Made by a program: the position numbers and the translations under genes
Shown: positions 24,188 through 37,280 of the stretch, piece after piece
Position numbering within the stretch: the stretch's first letter is position 1
Layout of the letters: every line of letters starts with the position of its first letter
Notes under the pieces: generated by a model
The model's input: the letters and a program-made list of their open reading frames with translations, nothing else
Databases searched by the model: none
What the model was told of the DNA's origin: nothing
NCBI GenBank assembly: GCA_010909165.1
Contig: MU008178.1
Span: 6,961-70,960, forward strand
Reading direction: 5' to 3'
From: Anthoceros angustus
Lineage: Eukaryota > Plantae > Anthocerotophyta
DNA length: 64,000 nucleotides

Positions 24188-27100
24188 GAGCTACGCTTTT
24201 CAAGAAAAATAAATTATTTTTACTTTAGTCTGATATTTTAATATTAAAGATAAAAGACTTGTTTAATTTAACTATTTTATTTTTATATAATAAATATAAA
24301 TTAATATATATCGAGCAACTATTTTCTCAATAATATAATATAATATGAAAATAATATATAAATTAATATAAAATATATTTGCTCAATTTTTAAATTTTTC
24401 TAAATTATTCATCGAAATGTAAAAATTTCTAGATATAATGCCAATACCAAAGTATAACCAACTAGTGCACTTGAACCACAGTAGCTCGGGATGCGAGGAA
24501 TTAGGATTGGATTGAGGGCAAAAACCACACAACTCGGGATGCTAGCGAGTGGGGTTGAATACTCACTGTTCTCAACCGAGGCCTTGCCTCTAACAACTAG
24601 ACCCGAGCGAGTGAGGAATCGAGATCGAGCTCGGGATGCAACAAAGTAGGATTAAACCAGCGACCACGTGAAGGCCTTGCCTTCAACTACCAAGACCCGG
24701 TTTCTTGATATTGGTTTAGTATGGACGTGCTTAATATATGATCATTTATAAAGTGCTGAATTGAAGAAAATATACTACCTTCTTTGTTGAAATTATATAG
24801 AATATTTTATACCGTATTAAAAATTAATCCTTAAAAATTGACTATTCGACAAAGGCGTCAAACCATAGCCCCACTCCCCACGATCGTGTCATTCTTTATG
24901 TTAGTGCCTCTCTTTATATGTTGTTGCATCACATTGCATCGTATTCAATACGGCACGAAATCACAAATTTGACTCGCCAGTGCAAAGTATGATATCATGA
25001 ATACACAATCAAGTGAACACACCTCGCGAAGATCTTGGCTGGAGGAGTATGCGGGTTGGGTGACGTCGACGTTTTCCCAACTTGAGCGAACTTTATTTTC
25101 GATCTGTTCCCCTACTACACAAAATTGGTTGGATCGAAACTGCTCATACAATCTTACTCTTCATCCCTGTTGAATTTGGTGTTCAGGATTCACGATCTTA
25201 CGGTGGCGATCTCTCTGGCCTGGTCATTGTTTCTTTGGTAGCGGGGTTGCTTGCTCGACTTGTGGGTGGAATGATTTCGGTGGCGTCAACATGGACGAAA
25301 TGCCACCGCACATTTTCCACGGTTGCTAGCGATCTTCTTCGTTCCAGCTTCTGAAAATAATGATGTTCACTCGATTCACAAAACCGGTGACTTCTCCATG
25401 CTTTAGGTGATGTTTAGTAATATGAAATGGCAAGCGGGCTGGCACGAAACAAGGATGGCACATCAACCAGCGCCTGCCAGATATCTTTGAGAGGCGTGTC
25501 CGAGAAAACACGAAGCCGGTCAGGGTAGCGCGGGCGCAGGATGTAACTTTCGACGGCAACAAATGTCTGAGTTCGTCTCTTCGTCCCGATTTCTGCGGTG
25601 AGCACAGATCTAGCCTCGGGAAGCAAGTTTGCGGTGGTCGCACATGGAAGGATTTTGTATTCCAACCGGGCTTCATCGCATATGATCGTTTTGTGGAAGA
25701 ATTGGCGAAAATTCGGTCATGTTCTTGGGGCTCTTGCTCCGCTCATCTTGTTGCATGATCTTGAGCTTTTTAGGTCTCGACCTCACGATGCTTCAAGGCC
25801 TTGAAATGGCTCGGCTGCACTGGGCAACCCCATACCACCACCTTCCCTAGCACCGACGCTCAAGGGCTTCCCCAACCACTAGGAATGCCACCTTTCTGCG
25901 TTTTGAAATTAGTCTCACTGAAGGAGATGTCATCGGATCGGTTGATGAGCAAATTGTTTACTTGGAATCGCTTGCAGAGGAGATGCTTGAGAACTGCCTG
26001 CCCTCGCCCTAGCGCAAACATTTCCACCACGGATTAGATTTTTTTTTACACATGCCGGAGCAGGACTAGTCAGACAAATGCCACCCCGTCAGGGAGCTAC
26101 GCTTTTCAAAAAATAAATTATTTTTACTTTAGTCTGATATTTTAATATTAAAGATAAAAGACTTGTTTAATTTAACTATTTTATTTTTATATAATAAATA
26201 TAAATTAATATATATCGAGCAACTATTTTCTCAATAATATAATATAATATGAAAATAATATATAAATTAATATAAAATATATTTGCTCAATTTTTAAATT
26301 TTCTAAATTATTCATCGAAATGTAAAAAATTTCTAGATATAATGCCAATACCAAAGTAAGGCAACTAACCAGTGCACTTGAACCACAGCGCTCGGGGATG
26401 CGAGGAATTAGGATTGGATTGAGGGCAAAAACCACACAACTCAGGATGCTAGCGAGGAGTGGGGTTGAATACTCAATTGCCTCAACCGAGGCCTTGCCTC
26501 TAACAACTAGACCAGGCGAGTGAGGAATCGAGATCGAGCTCGGGGATGCAACAAAGTAGGATTAAACCCGCGACCACGTGAACCAAGGCCTTGCCTTCAA
26601 CTACCAAGACCAGTTTCTTGATATTGGTTTAGTATGGACGTGCTTAATATATGACTGTTTATAAAGTGCTGAATTGAAGAAAAATATACTACCTTGCTGT
26701 TGAAATTATATAGAATATTTTATACCGTATTAAAAATTAATCCTTAAAAAAAATTGACTATTCGACAAAGGGGCGTCCAAACCATAGCCCCACTCCCCCT
26801 ACGATCGTGTCATTCTTTATGTTAGTGCCTCTCTTTATATGTTGTTGCATCCTGTTGCATCGTATTCAATACGGCACGAAATCACAAATTTGACTCCGCT
26901 TGTGCAAAGTATGATATCATGAATACACAATCAAGTGAACACACCTCGCGAAGATCTTGGCTGGAGGAGTATGCGGGTTGGGTGGGACGTCGACGTTTTC
27001 CCAACTTGAGCGAACTTTATTTTCGATCTGTTCCCCCTACTACACAAAATTGGTTGGATCGACGCGAACTGTTCATACAATCTTACTCTTCATCCTGTTT

Positions 27101-28080
27101 GAATTTGGTGTTCGTAGGATTCACGATCTTCTGGTGGCGATCTCTGCGTCATTGTTTCTTTGGTAGCTGGCGGGGCGAAGTTGCTTGCTCGATTCTGCTG
27201 GTGGCTGGTGAATGATTTCGGTGACGTCAACATGGACCAGGAAATGCCCACCGCACATTTTTCCACCGGTTGCTAGACAGCGATCTTCTTCCAGTTTCCA
27301 GCTTCCAGTTGCCTGAAATAATGATGTTCACTCGGTTACCGAAACCAGGCAGCTTCTCCCATGCTTTAGGTGATGTTTAGTAATATGAAATGGTAAGCGG
27401 GCTGGCACGAAACAAGGATGGCACATCAACGGCGCTTGCGGATATCTTTGAGAGGCGTGTCCAGAAAACCTGGCCCGGTCGAGTGGCGCGGATGTAACTT
27501 TCGACGGCAACAAATGTCTGAGTTCGTCTCTTCGTCCCGATTTCTGCGGTGAGCACAGATCTAGCCTCGGGAAGCAAGTTTGCGGTGAGCACAGATCTAG
27601 CCTCGGGAAGCAAGTTTGCGGTGGTGCTGTACACCATGGAGAAGGATTTTGTATTCCAACCCCGGGCTTCACTGCATATGATCGTTTTTGTGGAAGAATT
27701 GGCGAGAAAATTCCCGGTCATGTTCTCTTGGGGCTCTTGCTCCTGCTCATCTTGTTTGCATGATCTTGAGCTGCTTTTTAGGTCTCAGCCTCTGATGCTT
27801 CAAGGCCTTGAAATGGCTCCAAGCCACAGAATTGGGCACTGCCATACCACCACCTTCCCTAGCACTGACGCGCTCAAGGGCTTCCGGCCCCAACCCTGCT
27901 AGGAATGCCCTGCTCTGCGTTTGCTGAAATTGGTCTCACCTGAAGGAGATGTCATCAGATCGGTTGATGAACGAAATTGTTTACTTGGAATCTGGCTTCG
28001 GTACAGGGAACAGATGCTTGAGAACTGTTCCTGTCCTCTGCCCTAGCTGCAAACATTTCCACCACGGATTAGATTTTTTT
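24188..28080. repeat. Tandem duplication of a ~1.9-kb unit (24188-26045 and 26093-28080)
   Basis: Both copies start GAGCTACGCTTTTCAA and end CATTTCCACCACGGATTAGATTTTTTT. Each has an AT-rich arm, tRNA-like motifs and a broken ORF-like region. Copy 2 has a 36-bp internal duplication near 27546-27617. Confidence 0.92.
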
Positions 28081-28322
28081 TTTAATTTGGTATTTTGAAA
28101 ATAAATCAAAACAACCCCGGGGGAGAAATCTTCAGCAAGGGTTCTGATTCCCCTATGTTACACATCGTATCATCCCAGCAGGAAGAGACCACAGATTAGA
28201 TGTACAACCCTACCACCAACTTAGTACAAAAGCAGGAGCAACTAACCACACTCAAGGAAGAATTTGGCACTGAAACCAGAAAGATACCAGGCCCAGAATC
28301 TAACGCGAAGCAGGATGTCTAC

Positions 28323-28990
28323 CTTGGTGTTGCAGTTCTCAAGTATTAGGTGGGGATAAGCTTCTAAAACTGTGCCCAGAGGCTCAGTTTTACTCCTTTC
28401 ATGCCTTGTCTTCTGCACAAGATCGGATACCGCTAAGTATGTGATAGTAGCCGGAGTTGCATGCTTCATCTTTCACACCTGCAAGGCTCCATGTGACCAA
28501 CCAAAAGCAAATTATGCTACTCACCACATTCATGACCCAAAATAAGCTGTTGGGCCATAAGGCAAGTGACAGACAACAAGGCCATCAGGTTTCCCTCGAT
28601 GCTCATGAACGATTACAATATCAGTGAAGTCATTTGCTCTGAATGCCGAGACAATTTCTGAGATGACCTACAACGACTGGATCGGCCACGGTTGATGACA
28701 GACACGATCAACTGGGGACGACACAGACGATAAGGATGGAGAAGTTTGCAACTTACTTGACCTCCACAGTTTAGCCTTTGTGCATTTGGCAGCAGTATCT
28801 TGAGCTCCTACACCGCACAAGAACGCCACCGTTGAAAACCTGGCACAGGATATTTTGACAATATCCAGGCAGAGAAACAAACTTTCACTCGGATACATAC
28901 CTTCACGAATCGGGTGAGCGTACTGCTGGGATCGCTAAACGTGGTTAGCAGAATTTTGCACACCTGCGTGCGCATACTCATCGTCGATGC
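28323..28990 (-). pseudogene. IMP4: IMP4 (U3 snoRNP Brix-domain protein) internal fragment with introns
   Basis: Spliced translation: IDDEYAHAG..KILLTTFSDPSSTLTRFVK / ELKILLPNAQRLNCGGQ / VISEIVSAFRANDFTDIVIVHEHRGKPDGLVVCHLPYGPTAYFG / TRHERSKTEPLGTVLEAYPHLILEN. It has frameshifts and both ends are missing. Confidence 0.88.
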
Positions 28991-29837
28991 CGGGCGCCAT
29001 CTCTAGGACATTCAAGAAAATACAAACTCTGGCAGGTTCGCAGACTTGTGAACCCTAGTGGTGGATTCAGACTTTCAGACCTGCCTCGTAGCTAAAATGC
29101 TAGACTAGGTTTGCAACTCATTGGTCAATGGGTTTTATACTGAGGGATTTGCGTTCAGCTCTTCGAGGAGTACAGTGTAAGCGCTTCTGCACGTTCTCCC
29201 CATTCTTCCACGAGACGACAAGACAGGAGAAACATCTTGTGAAGGGACTGCATTTCTCACTTTTGCCAGAGAGAGAGGCGGACAAGTAAGGGGTGCAGGA
29301 ATTGAATTAAGTGTGGCTATCGCTTCTAGCGCTAAGGCCATACTACACCTATACTATATAGGTACACAGAGGCGCAGAAGCACCTAAGAATTTTTGAGTG
29401 GTGGAGAACGAGGCAGTCGGAAACCTTGTTAGAGTGTGCTAGTTGTGACATTTTTGTGCGATCTTTTGGGTTTAGATTCACAAGTGTGTACGTAGATGGT
29501 GGAGAACGCAAGGCGCTAATGGTCACTGTGCTCTTAATGCGAGCACGGAAACCAAAGCGCCAACCCACCATGGTGAGCATGTCACACCGTAGCGGTCATG
29601 CCATCGCTCTCATCCACTCTCCCGTTCGGCGCGACGGCATTTCGCACGCCCGTCACCGCTTCACTAACCATAATGTAACGTATAATATAGCTATACCATA
29701 TGTACTCTGTATTGTACCCATATGTCTACGTATTTTTGAACCCGTCTTTAGTTTGAAGAAGTGCAAACTCTGAAAGTGCCCTATCCCGCACGCTCGCGAG
29801 GCTAGGTTCCAAAGCTGGCCGTGACCGAACTTGCTAA

Positions 29838-30602
29838 ATGAAGCTCGACTTGAACACGGTGGTCGCTTAGTTGGAAGAGGACGAGCCTACCCAGCTCAAC
29901 TTTGTGCCTCTGCGCATCAGTGTACAGGATTACAATAGAGGCTCACATGTCTATAGAGGTTGCGTGAAATGTTTCACTGGTATCTTGCCGGAAGGGTGGT
30001 GTAAAAAATGTAAGGCTGTTGTGAATGGGCAAATGGGCAAATGCAATCAGGTTTGGAGGAGTCGAGCAGTCTTGACTCCTCCTTCTTGATTCGATTGTGA
30101 GGCATGGGCGACGGCATTCACTGCTGGTAGAGATTTTATTAGGCTCACGGCTGAAGAGTTTAGCTTGAAGGAATTAGGAGGAGAAGGTATAGAAGTCTTG
30201 GACTGGCTGCTGCACAAGAGTTTCCTATGCCTCTTCTCCATCAAAAAACATCAAGTCGTGACCTTCCAGCATCATCATTCTAAGGGCGTCGGTCTCGTTC
30301 GAGAATTGTTTCGACCTTGGTGTGATGGACAACGAGCCAATAATTTGCCAGTTACGCACGGTGAGGCGCCTCTAGTGCAAACAATTTCAGCTTTTCATGC
30401 GGACACAAATGAGTGCGAGCACAGCGAAGACCTTGTGAGCAAACATGTGAACAAGCCTTTGTCAATTGTTGTGCCTCTTGTCGTTTGTTGTTCTCTGTCT
30501 ATGGTTGTAACTATTGTGCTGGTTTCACTTCCAACAAAGAGTCTTGCTGCGATATGTCCCGTAGTTTCTCTTGCAGCAATTATAGTGTTCAAGCTTTTGT
30601 AG
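29838..30602 (+). pseudogene. RPA70 C-terminal-like OB-fold/zinc-ribbon gene of the MULE
   Basis: One frame from ATG 29838 with two in-frame stops (29868 TAG, 30087 TGA): VYRGCVKC...WCKKCK...EAWATAFTAGRDFIRLTAEEF...LLHKSFLCLFSIK. This resembles RPA1 DBD-C (YxACxxC..CxxC..WxTxF). Confidence 0.6.
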
Positions 30603-33306
30603 CAGTCAAAGACACGAGTCAGCGTAAATTACATAGTGCTATACATTGGTTCTCAATTGATGTCTTATATGTCCATGTACCACAAATAGGCTTGCATTCC
30701 CTACCACATATTATGGAACAATGGTGTCCACTCGTCTAGCAAGCTCCATGAAAGTGGGCTGTTTCTTCTTAGATGGCAGCTTCCAAGTACTACTTCTTTC
30801 CCAAAAAGCAAGCACTTTTCAAGCTATTATCGGTGCTATGTCACGTACTGTAGTCTTGTTGGAAGTGTGATGGCGGCCTCGTGGGCCTCGAGGCGCCCGC
30901 TGATTTATTTTGAGGCCGGTAGATTCTAGAGAATTAACCAAATATAATTATTTTTTGCTCAATAGAGTAAAATTTATTACAATAGGATAGAAAATATGCC
31001 ATGTGAGGTGAAAATGATTCACCATCCATGTTAAAACCAGGGCCGTAAGGTAAAGTATTGGGCCATGTAGATCTAAAGAAGCTCATTCTAGAAATCCCAC
31101 CAACATCGCTAATCGGGAAGTAAAACATTTCCTATTAAATAATATTCATGCGGATCCAGGATATACAAAAAACCAACAAAGAAACTTTTCTTTACAGAGT
31201 TTCCTGTATATCCAGAATGGCATGAAATACAAATTAAAATAATGAAGAGTAAATACCAGAATAGATTGATCCCCATTACTGGATTGATTGATCAACCTAC
31301 ATAAAAAGCGTAACTTAGGCATAAAACTAAAAGCACAACAAAATCCAATAATAATCCACAGATACTTAATGAACATACTTACCTTATTTTGGAAAATTGA
31401 CTTTACAATTATACAAATTGAAAATATAACTTTCACGACCACTAGGTTTCATTGGCACAACTTGTCCAACACTGTCATAGTTTTGAAGGAGTTGATGAAG
31501 CTGGGGGCTTCGAAAAAATTGTTCTTCCTGTAAGGTGACAACCTGATAAAAAAAACATTAGTTTTCACTCAGCTGAATATGATAAAAGGCAGGCAAGATA
31601 ACTTACTGATTCCGGAAGATTTTCGACAGTGGTAGTGGACACCCCTTCAGATGCAGTATCAATTTTCTGTTTCTGTTGTCTTTCCCATTGCAATCTTCGA
31701 ATCTCTTGCTGCTCTTTCTGCTGCAGTTTCAGTTTTTCTTGATGTTTCAGGTGTTCTTGACTTCTTTCTACATTCTTCCGCCTCTGAATCTCGAGAGCTT
31801 TAGCTCTTTGCTTGGACACTCGTAGTTCAACAGCTTTGCGCCTTTGCCTTTCAATAAGTGCCTCTATGTCTTTTTGCCGTTGCAACTCCCTTTCCTGTTT
31901 TTGCCTATCATACTCTGATTCCCGTTCTCGCGAGATATGAGCAAGATGCTGCTCAAAATTGCTTGTATTGCCATTGCCAATCCCATTTTGCAATACCACA
32001 TCCAGAGGTAATATGGCCACATTTCTGTCCTGTTGCACTTCAGACATCTCATCACAATCACTTGGCACAATGGCCTGCAACTGAGGAACCACTGAATTAT
32101 CAATGTTGAAATGTGGAATAGTAAGGCTTCCCATACTGGTGGCTGAAATTGCATCTTTAGTAGATGGGTTTGAAATCTGCCAAAAGCAAAGAGTCAGACT
32201 AACTCCAAAAGAAATATAAGGACAAAATTATGCAATAACTTAACCTTGACATCATTTTGAACTTGAATTAAAGCCTCTGTCGTTGGTCTGATCTTAGTGA
32301 TCTGTAGATCATGGACACTACTTTCAAACAGAGTATCTGAATCCATTGCTTCACTATCTTTTACCTAGCAATACAGCACAAAATAGAGTTAAAAGACATC
32401 ACCAAAAAGCACCAAACGCAAAAAACAATGACAGTAATAACCTAATTTTAAGGGCAGCAAATGCCACTTCGAGAATAATCTGGTGTACTGTTGACATTGT
32501 AATGCAGTGTATTCTCATAACGGATAACAGGAGTAGCAACAGACAACACAACCTGACAATACAAAGAGTCAGAAAACACTACAGTATAACGGTTCTGAAA
32601 ATAGACAACAAATTCCTCACTTACATTCTCAACAGGTGGCGCTTGTAGAGGAAATTGACTGCACGCCTGTGAAAGCTGACAATATTATAACATTTTCAAG
32701 CAATATGATTTACCTCATGCAAAAAAAAAAAAACTTACATCTTCAGGCTGACTCGCAAAAACGACTTCCGGAGTCACATCGAAACTAGTTGATGGAAGCA
32801 CGCCCCGCAGGTCGTCTTGCATCCGATTCAGTTCTTCATTCAATAACTCTTTGTACGATCTTCGTTCACCTGGAACTAGCACCTTTGCTGCTGCTGCTTG
32901 TTTTGCTTGCCCTGAACGGTCATATCTGCAAACCAACAAATTGTAAGAAGGATTAACAAATCACATCAACAGCAAAAGCAGCCACTACAAATTACCTTGA
33001 GAATCCAGCATCCGTTTTGTGTCCAGTAATACTTCTTCTGGCATCACAAGGCACCTGGGCCATTGTAAGGCGTGTAATCATTGTAACGCGACAACTTTTG
33101 TTCGTGTAATAGCCATCGAGACCAGCCCCTTCTGTCATCGTCTTCATATACCTTGACAACATTCCTTTGGACACGCGAAGTTTCGCATACCACGCCTGGT
33201 TTAACAATATCTTATTAGTATGATATAGAGAGAAATACACAGAAAACAGAAGATTTTAAACTTACATTTGATCTGGGATTGTCGATTGGGGAATTGAATA
33301 GACCCT

Positions 33307-36300
33307 ACTAGAAAAGGGCAGTCATGTTACACTTTATGTTAAGATTTGGACCCCCCTTTGTTGCAATTATGTTAAAATCTTGGGGTCTTGTTACACTTTT
33401 GGGACCCCCTTATTACGATTAGGTTTGGAAACCAACCCTCCACCTTATTCTGAGTCATATAGTCTTGTTGCAATTATGTTGCAATGTAGTGAGAGGTGGT
33501 TTGTGTCCCTCTCAAAATTTCAACATAATTGCAACAACCAAAGTGTTACATCGTCTCTTATTGATTTTGCGCTTGGTACCGAACCTCCTCCCCATCTACC
33601 TTCCTCTTTTACTACTATTACCCTATGGAATACCTAGTTTTACTTAGTAGTTCCACCGATACTCGTATGAATACACATATATAAAATACATGTATGAATA
33701 CATTCTTTGTAAAATACACGTATTGTTCATGGTAACATATACTATATGGTAATTTCACTGTGATATATGGTCATATTCTATTTTATATAAAATAAGCATA
33801 TCGTCACACGGATAACGTACATACTTTGTACACGTCCACGATCGTTTACTAGTTTGTCCTTGAGCACTCGATTGCCTTTTGTGCCTCTGAGTTTGTGCTA
33901 CAGCGGACCCATGTTTGCTATCTTGCGTGGGGTTGTTTGGCTCAAGTCCTCCCTCCTTCTCTCTCCCCTAGACAAGCGCCTCATGTCAATTCTGCGCCTT
34001 TTTGCCCTTGCCTCGACCATGGCTGTTGGTTGCTCCACTCCTATCCTCCCTCTCCCTCCTTCTTCCATCGCCTTCCCTAACTTCACATCATAGTCTGGTT
34101 ACGCATCAGCTGAAAATTTGAGATAAGAAATAACAGCATGGAATGGGTCTTGGCCTGACCTTGCAACTACTTGCAGTTGTACATGTACACGAGACACCCT
34201 GCCATGCTACTATCGCCTTCTCTAACATCAAATCGCACTAGCTAGTTACGCAACAGCTGAAAATTTGAGAGGAAATCACAGTATTGGAACAGGTCTTGGC
34301 CTGACCTTGCAATGCTCTGTACAAGATACGCGGTGTACGTGATCCCGCCACCATCCCTTCACCAACATCATGTCACGGTGGTTACGCATCAAGCGAAAAA
34401 TTGAGAGGAAATCATAGCATGGAATGGGTCTCTCTGGAAATCACGGCATGGATTGGGTCTCTACTTGAAATCACGGCATGGAACGGGCCTCCTCCTCTTC
34501 CTTTCCCTCTCCCCTCCTCCTTCTTCCATCTCCCCTCCTTCCTCCCTCCTTCCTCCCTCCTTCCTCCCTCCTTCCTCCCTCCTTCCTCCCTCCTTCCTCC
34601 CTCCTTCCTCCCTCCTTCCTCCCTCCTCCTCCCTCCTTCCTCCTCCTTCTTCCTCCTCCCTCCTTCCTCCCTCCTTCCTCCCTCCTTCTCCTCCTCCTCC
34701 TCCCTACCTCGGATCCCTCTCCCCTTTTCCTCCTTGCCTCTCCTCCTCCTCCTCTCTCGGATCCCTCTCCCCTTTTCCTCCTCCTCTCCTCCTCCTCCTC
34801 CTCTATATGGATCCCTCTCCCCATTTCCTCCTTGCCTCTCCTCCTCCTCCTCCTCCTCCTCCTCCTCCTCCTCCTCCTCCTCCTCTCCCTCCTCCTCCTC
34901 CTCCTCCTCCTCCTCTCCTCCTCCTCCTCTCCTCCTCCTCCTCCTCCTCTCTCCTCCCCTTTTCCTCCTTGCCTCTCCTCCTCCTCCTCCTCCTCCTCCT
35001 CTCCTCCCTCCTCTCCCCCTCCTTCCTCTCCTCCTCCTCCTCTACCTCTCCCTCTCCTTTCCTCCTTGCCTCTCCTCCTCCTCCTCTCCTCCTCTCCCCT
35101 CCTCCTCTCCTCCTCCTCCTCTCCTCTCCTCTCCTCCTCCTCCTCCTCCTCTCCTCCTCCTCCTCCTCCTCCTCCTCCTCTACCTCGATCCCTCTCCCCT
35201 TTTCCTCCTTGACTCTCCTGCCTCCTCCTCCTCCTCCTTATCTACCTCTCGTCCCCTTTTCCTTGCCTATCGCCTTCTCTAACATCAAATGACACTAGCT
35301 AATTCATAGCATGAAAAATTTGAGAGGAAATCAGTATTGGAAGTACAAGATCTGCGGGTGTACGTGATCGCCCACCACCATCCGTCACCTCGTCATGTCA
35401 CCTGCTGTTACGCATCGGTGAAAAATTGAGACTAGAAATCACGACTTGGAGCGGGTCTTTACTTGAAATCCATGGACATGGAGCGGGCCTCTTCTTTCCC
35501 TCTCCTCCTCCTCCTTTCCATCTACCCTCCTCTTCCCTCTCCCCTCCTCTTCCTTCCCTCTCCCCTCCTCTTGCTCCTCTTCTTTTCCATCTTCCCTCCT
35601 CCTCCTTATAATCTCCCCTCCCATCCTTCGCTTTCCCTCCTCCTCCTTCCTCTCTCCCTCCTCTCCTCCTCCTCCTCCTCCTCCTCCTCTACCTCGGATC
35701 CTCTCTCCCCTCCTTCCTCCTTCCTCCTCTCCTCCTCCTCCTCCTCCTCCTCCTCCTCCTCCTCCTCCTCCTCCTCCTCCTCCTCCTCCTCCTCCTCCTC
35801 CTCCTCCTCCTCCTCCTCCTCCTCTATATGGATCCCTCTCCCCATTTCCTCCTTGCCTCCTCCTCCTCCTCCTCCTCCTCCTCCTCCTCATCCCTCTCCT
35901 CCTCCTCCTCTCCTCCTCCTCCTCTCCTCCTCCTCCTCCTCCTCCTCCTCCTCCTCCTCTACCTCATCCCTCTCCCCTTTTCCTCCTTGCCTCTACCTCC
36001 TCCTCCTCCCTACCTCGGATCCCTCTCCCCTTTTCCTCCTCTCTACCTCCTCCTCCCTACCTCGGATCCCTCTCCCCTTTTCCTCCTTGCCTCTCTACCT
36101 CCTCTACCTCGATCCCTCTCCCCTTTTCCTCCTTGACTCTCCTGCCTCCTCCTCCTCCTCCTTATCTACCTCGATCCCCGTCCCCTTTTCCTCCTTGCCT
36201 CTTCTAACATCAAATGACACTAGCTAATTACGCAACTGAAAATTTGAGAGGAAATCACGATTGGAAGTACAAGATCCGGCGGGTGTACACGTGATCGCCC

Positions 36301-37280
36301 GCCACCATCCGTCACCTACGTCATGTCACGGTTACGCGCACGAAAATTGAGACTAGAAATCACGACTTGGAGCGGGTCTTTACTTGAAATCACGCATGGA
36401 ACGGGCCTCTTCTTTCCCTCTCCTCCTCCTTTCCATCTACCCTCCTCTTCTTTCCCTCTCCCCTCCTCTTCCTTCCCTCTCCCCTCCTCTTGCTCCTCTT
36501 CTTTTCCATCTTCCCTCCTCCTCCTTATAATCTCCCCTCCTCTCCTCTCCCCTCCTCCTCCTTCCTCTCTCCCTCCTCTCCTCCTCCTCCTCCTCCTCCT
36601 CCTCTACCTCGATCCCTCTCCCTCCTCCCTCCTTCCTCCTCTCCTCCTCCTCCTCCTCCTCCTCCTCCTCCTCCTCCTCCTCCTCCTCCTCCTCCTCCTC
36701 CTCCTCCTCCTCCTCTCCTCCTCTACCTCTCCTCTCCCTATTTCCTCCTTGCCTCTCCCTCCTCCTCCTCTCCTCCTCTTCCTCCCCACCTCTCCCTTCT
36801 CCTCTCCCCTCCTTCTCCTTGCCTCGCAGAGTGAGCCTCGGACCCTGAACTTAGACATAGGTAAATAATATTATGTTTAGGTCACCTTTAAAGGTGAGTT
36901 AATGGGCATGTTCTTGTGATATTGTGTCAGGCACCATTAACAAATAGTTGTGAAGAGAGTGCAAAGAAGGCGCTAGGAAAAACCTTAACTAATTGTACTC
37001 CCAATGGGGTGTAATAAAGATGGGGGAAGAGAAGAGAGAGAGGGTCCTTATTCTGATCATGTTGCAATTGCATGAGGAATTCATAAACAATGCATATGAG
37101 AGAGGATGTAGTTAAGAGGGTGAAGTGGTAGAGAGAGAGAGTGTGTTAAGATTGTAGGCCCACTTGGGGAAAGAAATGACAAACTTAATACCAAGCCTCC
37201 AAATGATGTTGCAAGTTAGAAGTGTAACATAAAATTGCAACAACGACTGTAACATAGGCTGCCCTTTCTAGTTTCTAGAA
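33307..37280. mobile_element. Non-autonomous TIR element with 5-bp TSD inserted in a YR exon
   Basis: TSD ACCCT at 33302-33306 and 37281-37285. Left end ACTAGAAAAGGGCAGTCATGTTACA matches the inverted right end TGTAACATAGGCTGCCCTTTCTAGT (ends 37272), which is followed by TTCTAGAA. Subterminal TTGTTGCAATTATGTT motifs are repeated. Confidence 0.85.
34080..36830. repeat. Higher-order repeat: ~250-bp conserved unit plus a (CCT)n polypyrimidine tract, three copies
   Basis: The unit CTAACATCAAAT..CACTAGCTA...AAATTTGAGAGGAAATCA...TACTTGAAATC..CATGGA.CGGGCCTC starts near 34215, 35270 and 36200. Each is followed by 400-800 bp of CCT-rich sequence. Confidence 0.95.

Noticed and set aside
24470-24700. 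tRNA genes
   Set aside because: Only degenerate A/B-box-like motifs are present and no cloverleaf could be folded. The same applies at ~50030 and ~62650.
34401-36868. Long Pro/Ser/Leu- or Glu/Gly/Arg-rich ORFs (up to 293 aa)
   Set aside because: They are translations of (CCT)n tracts that lack stop codons, inside a non-coding element. They are not extensins or real genes.
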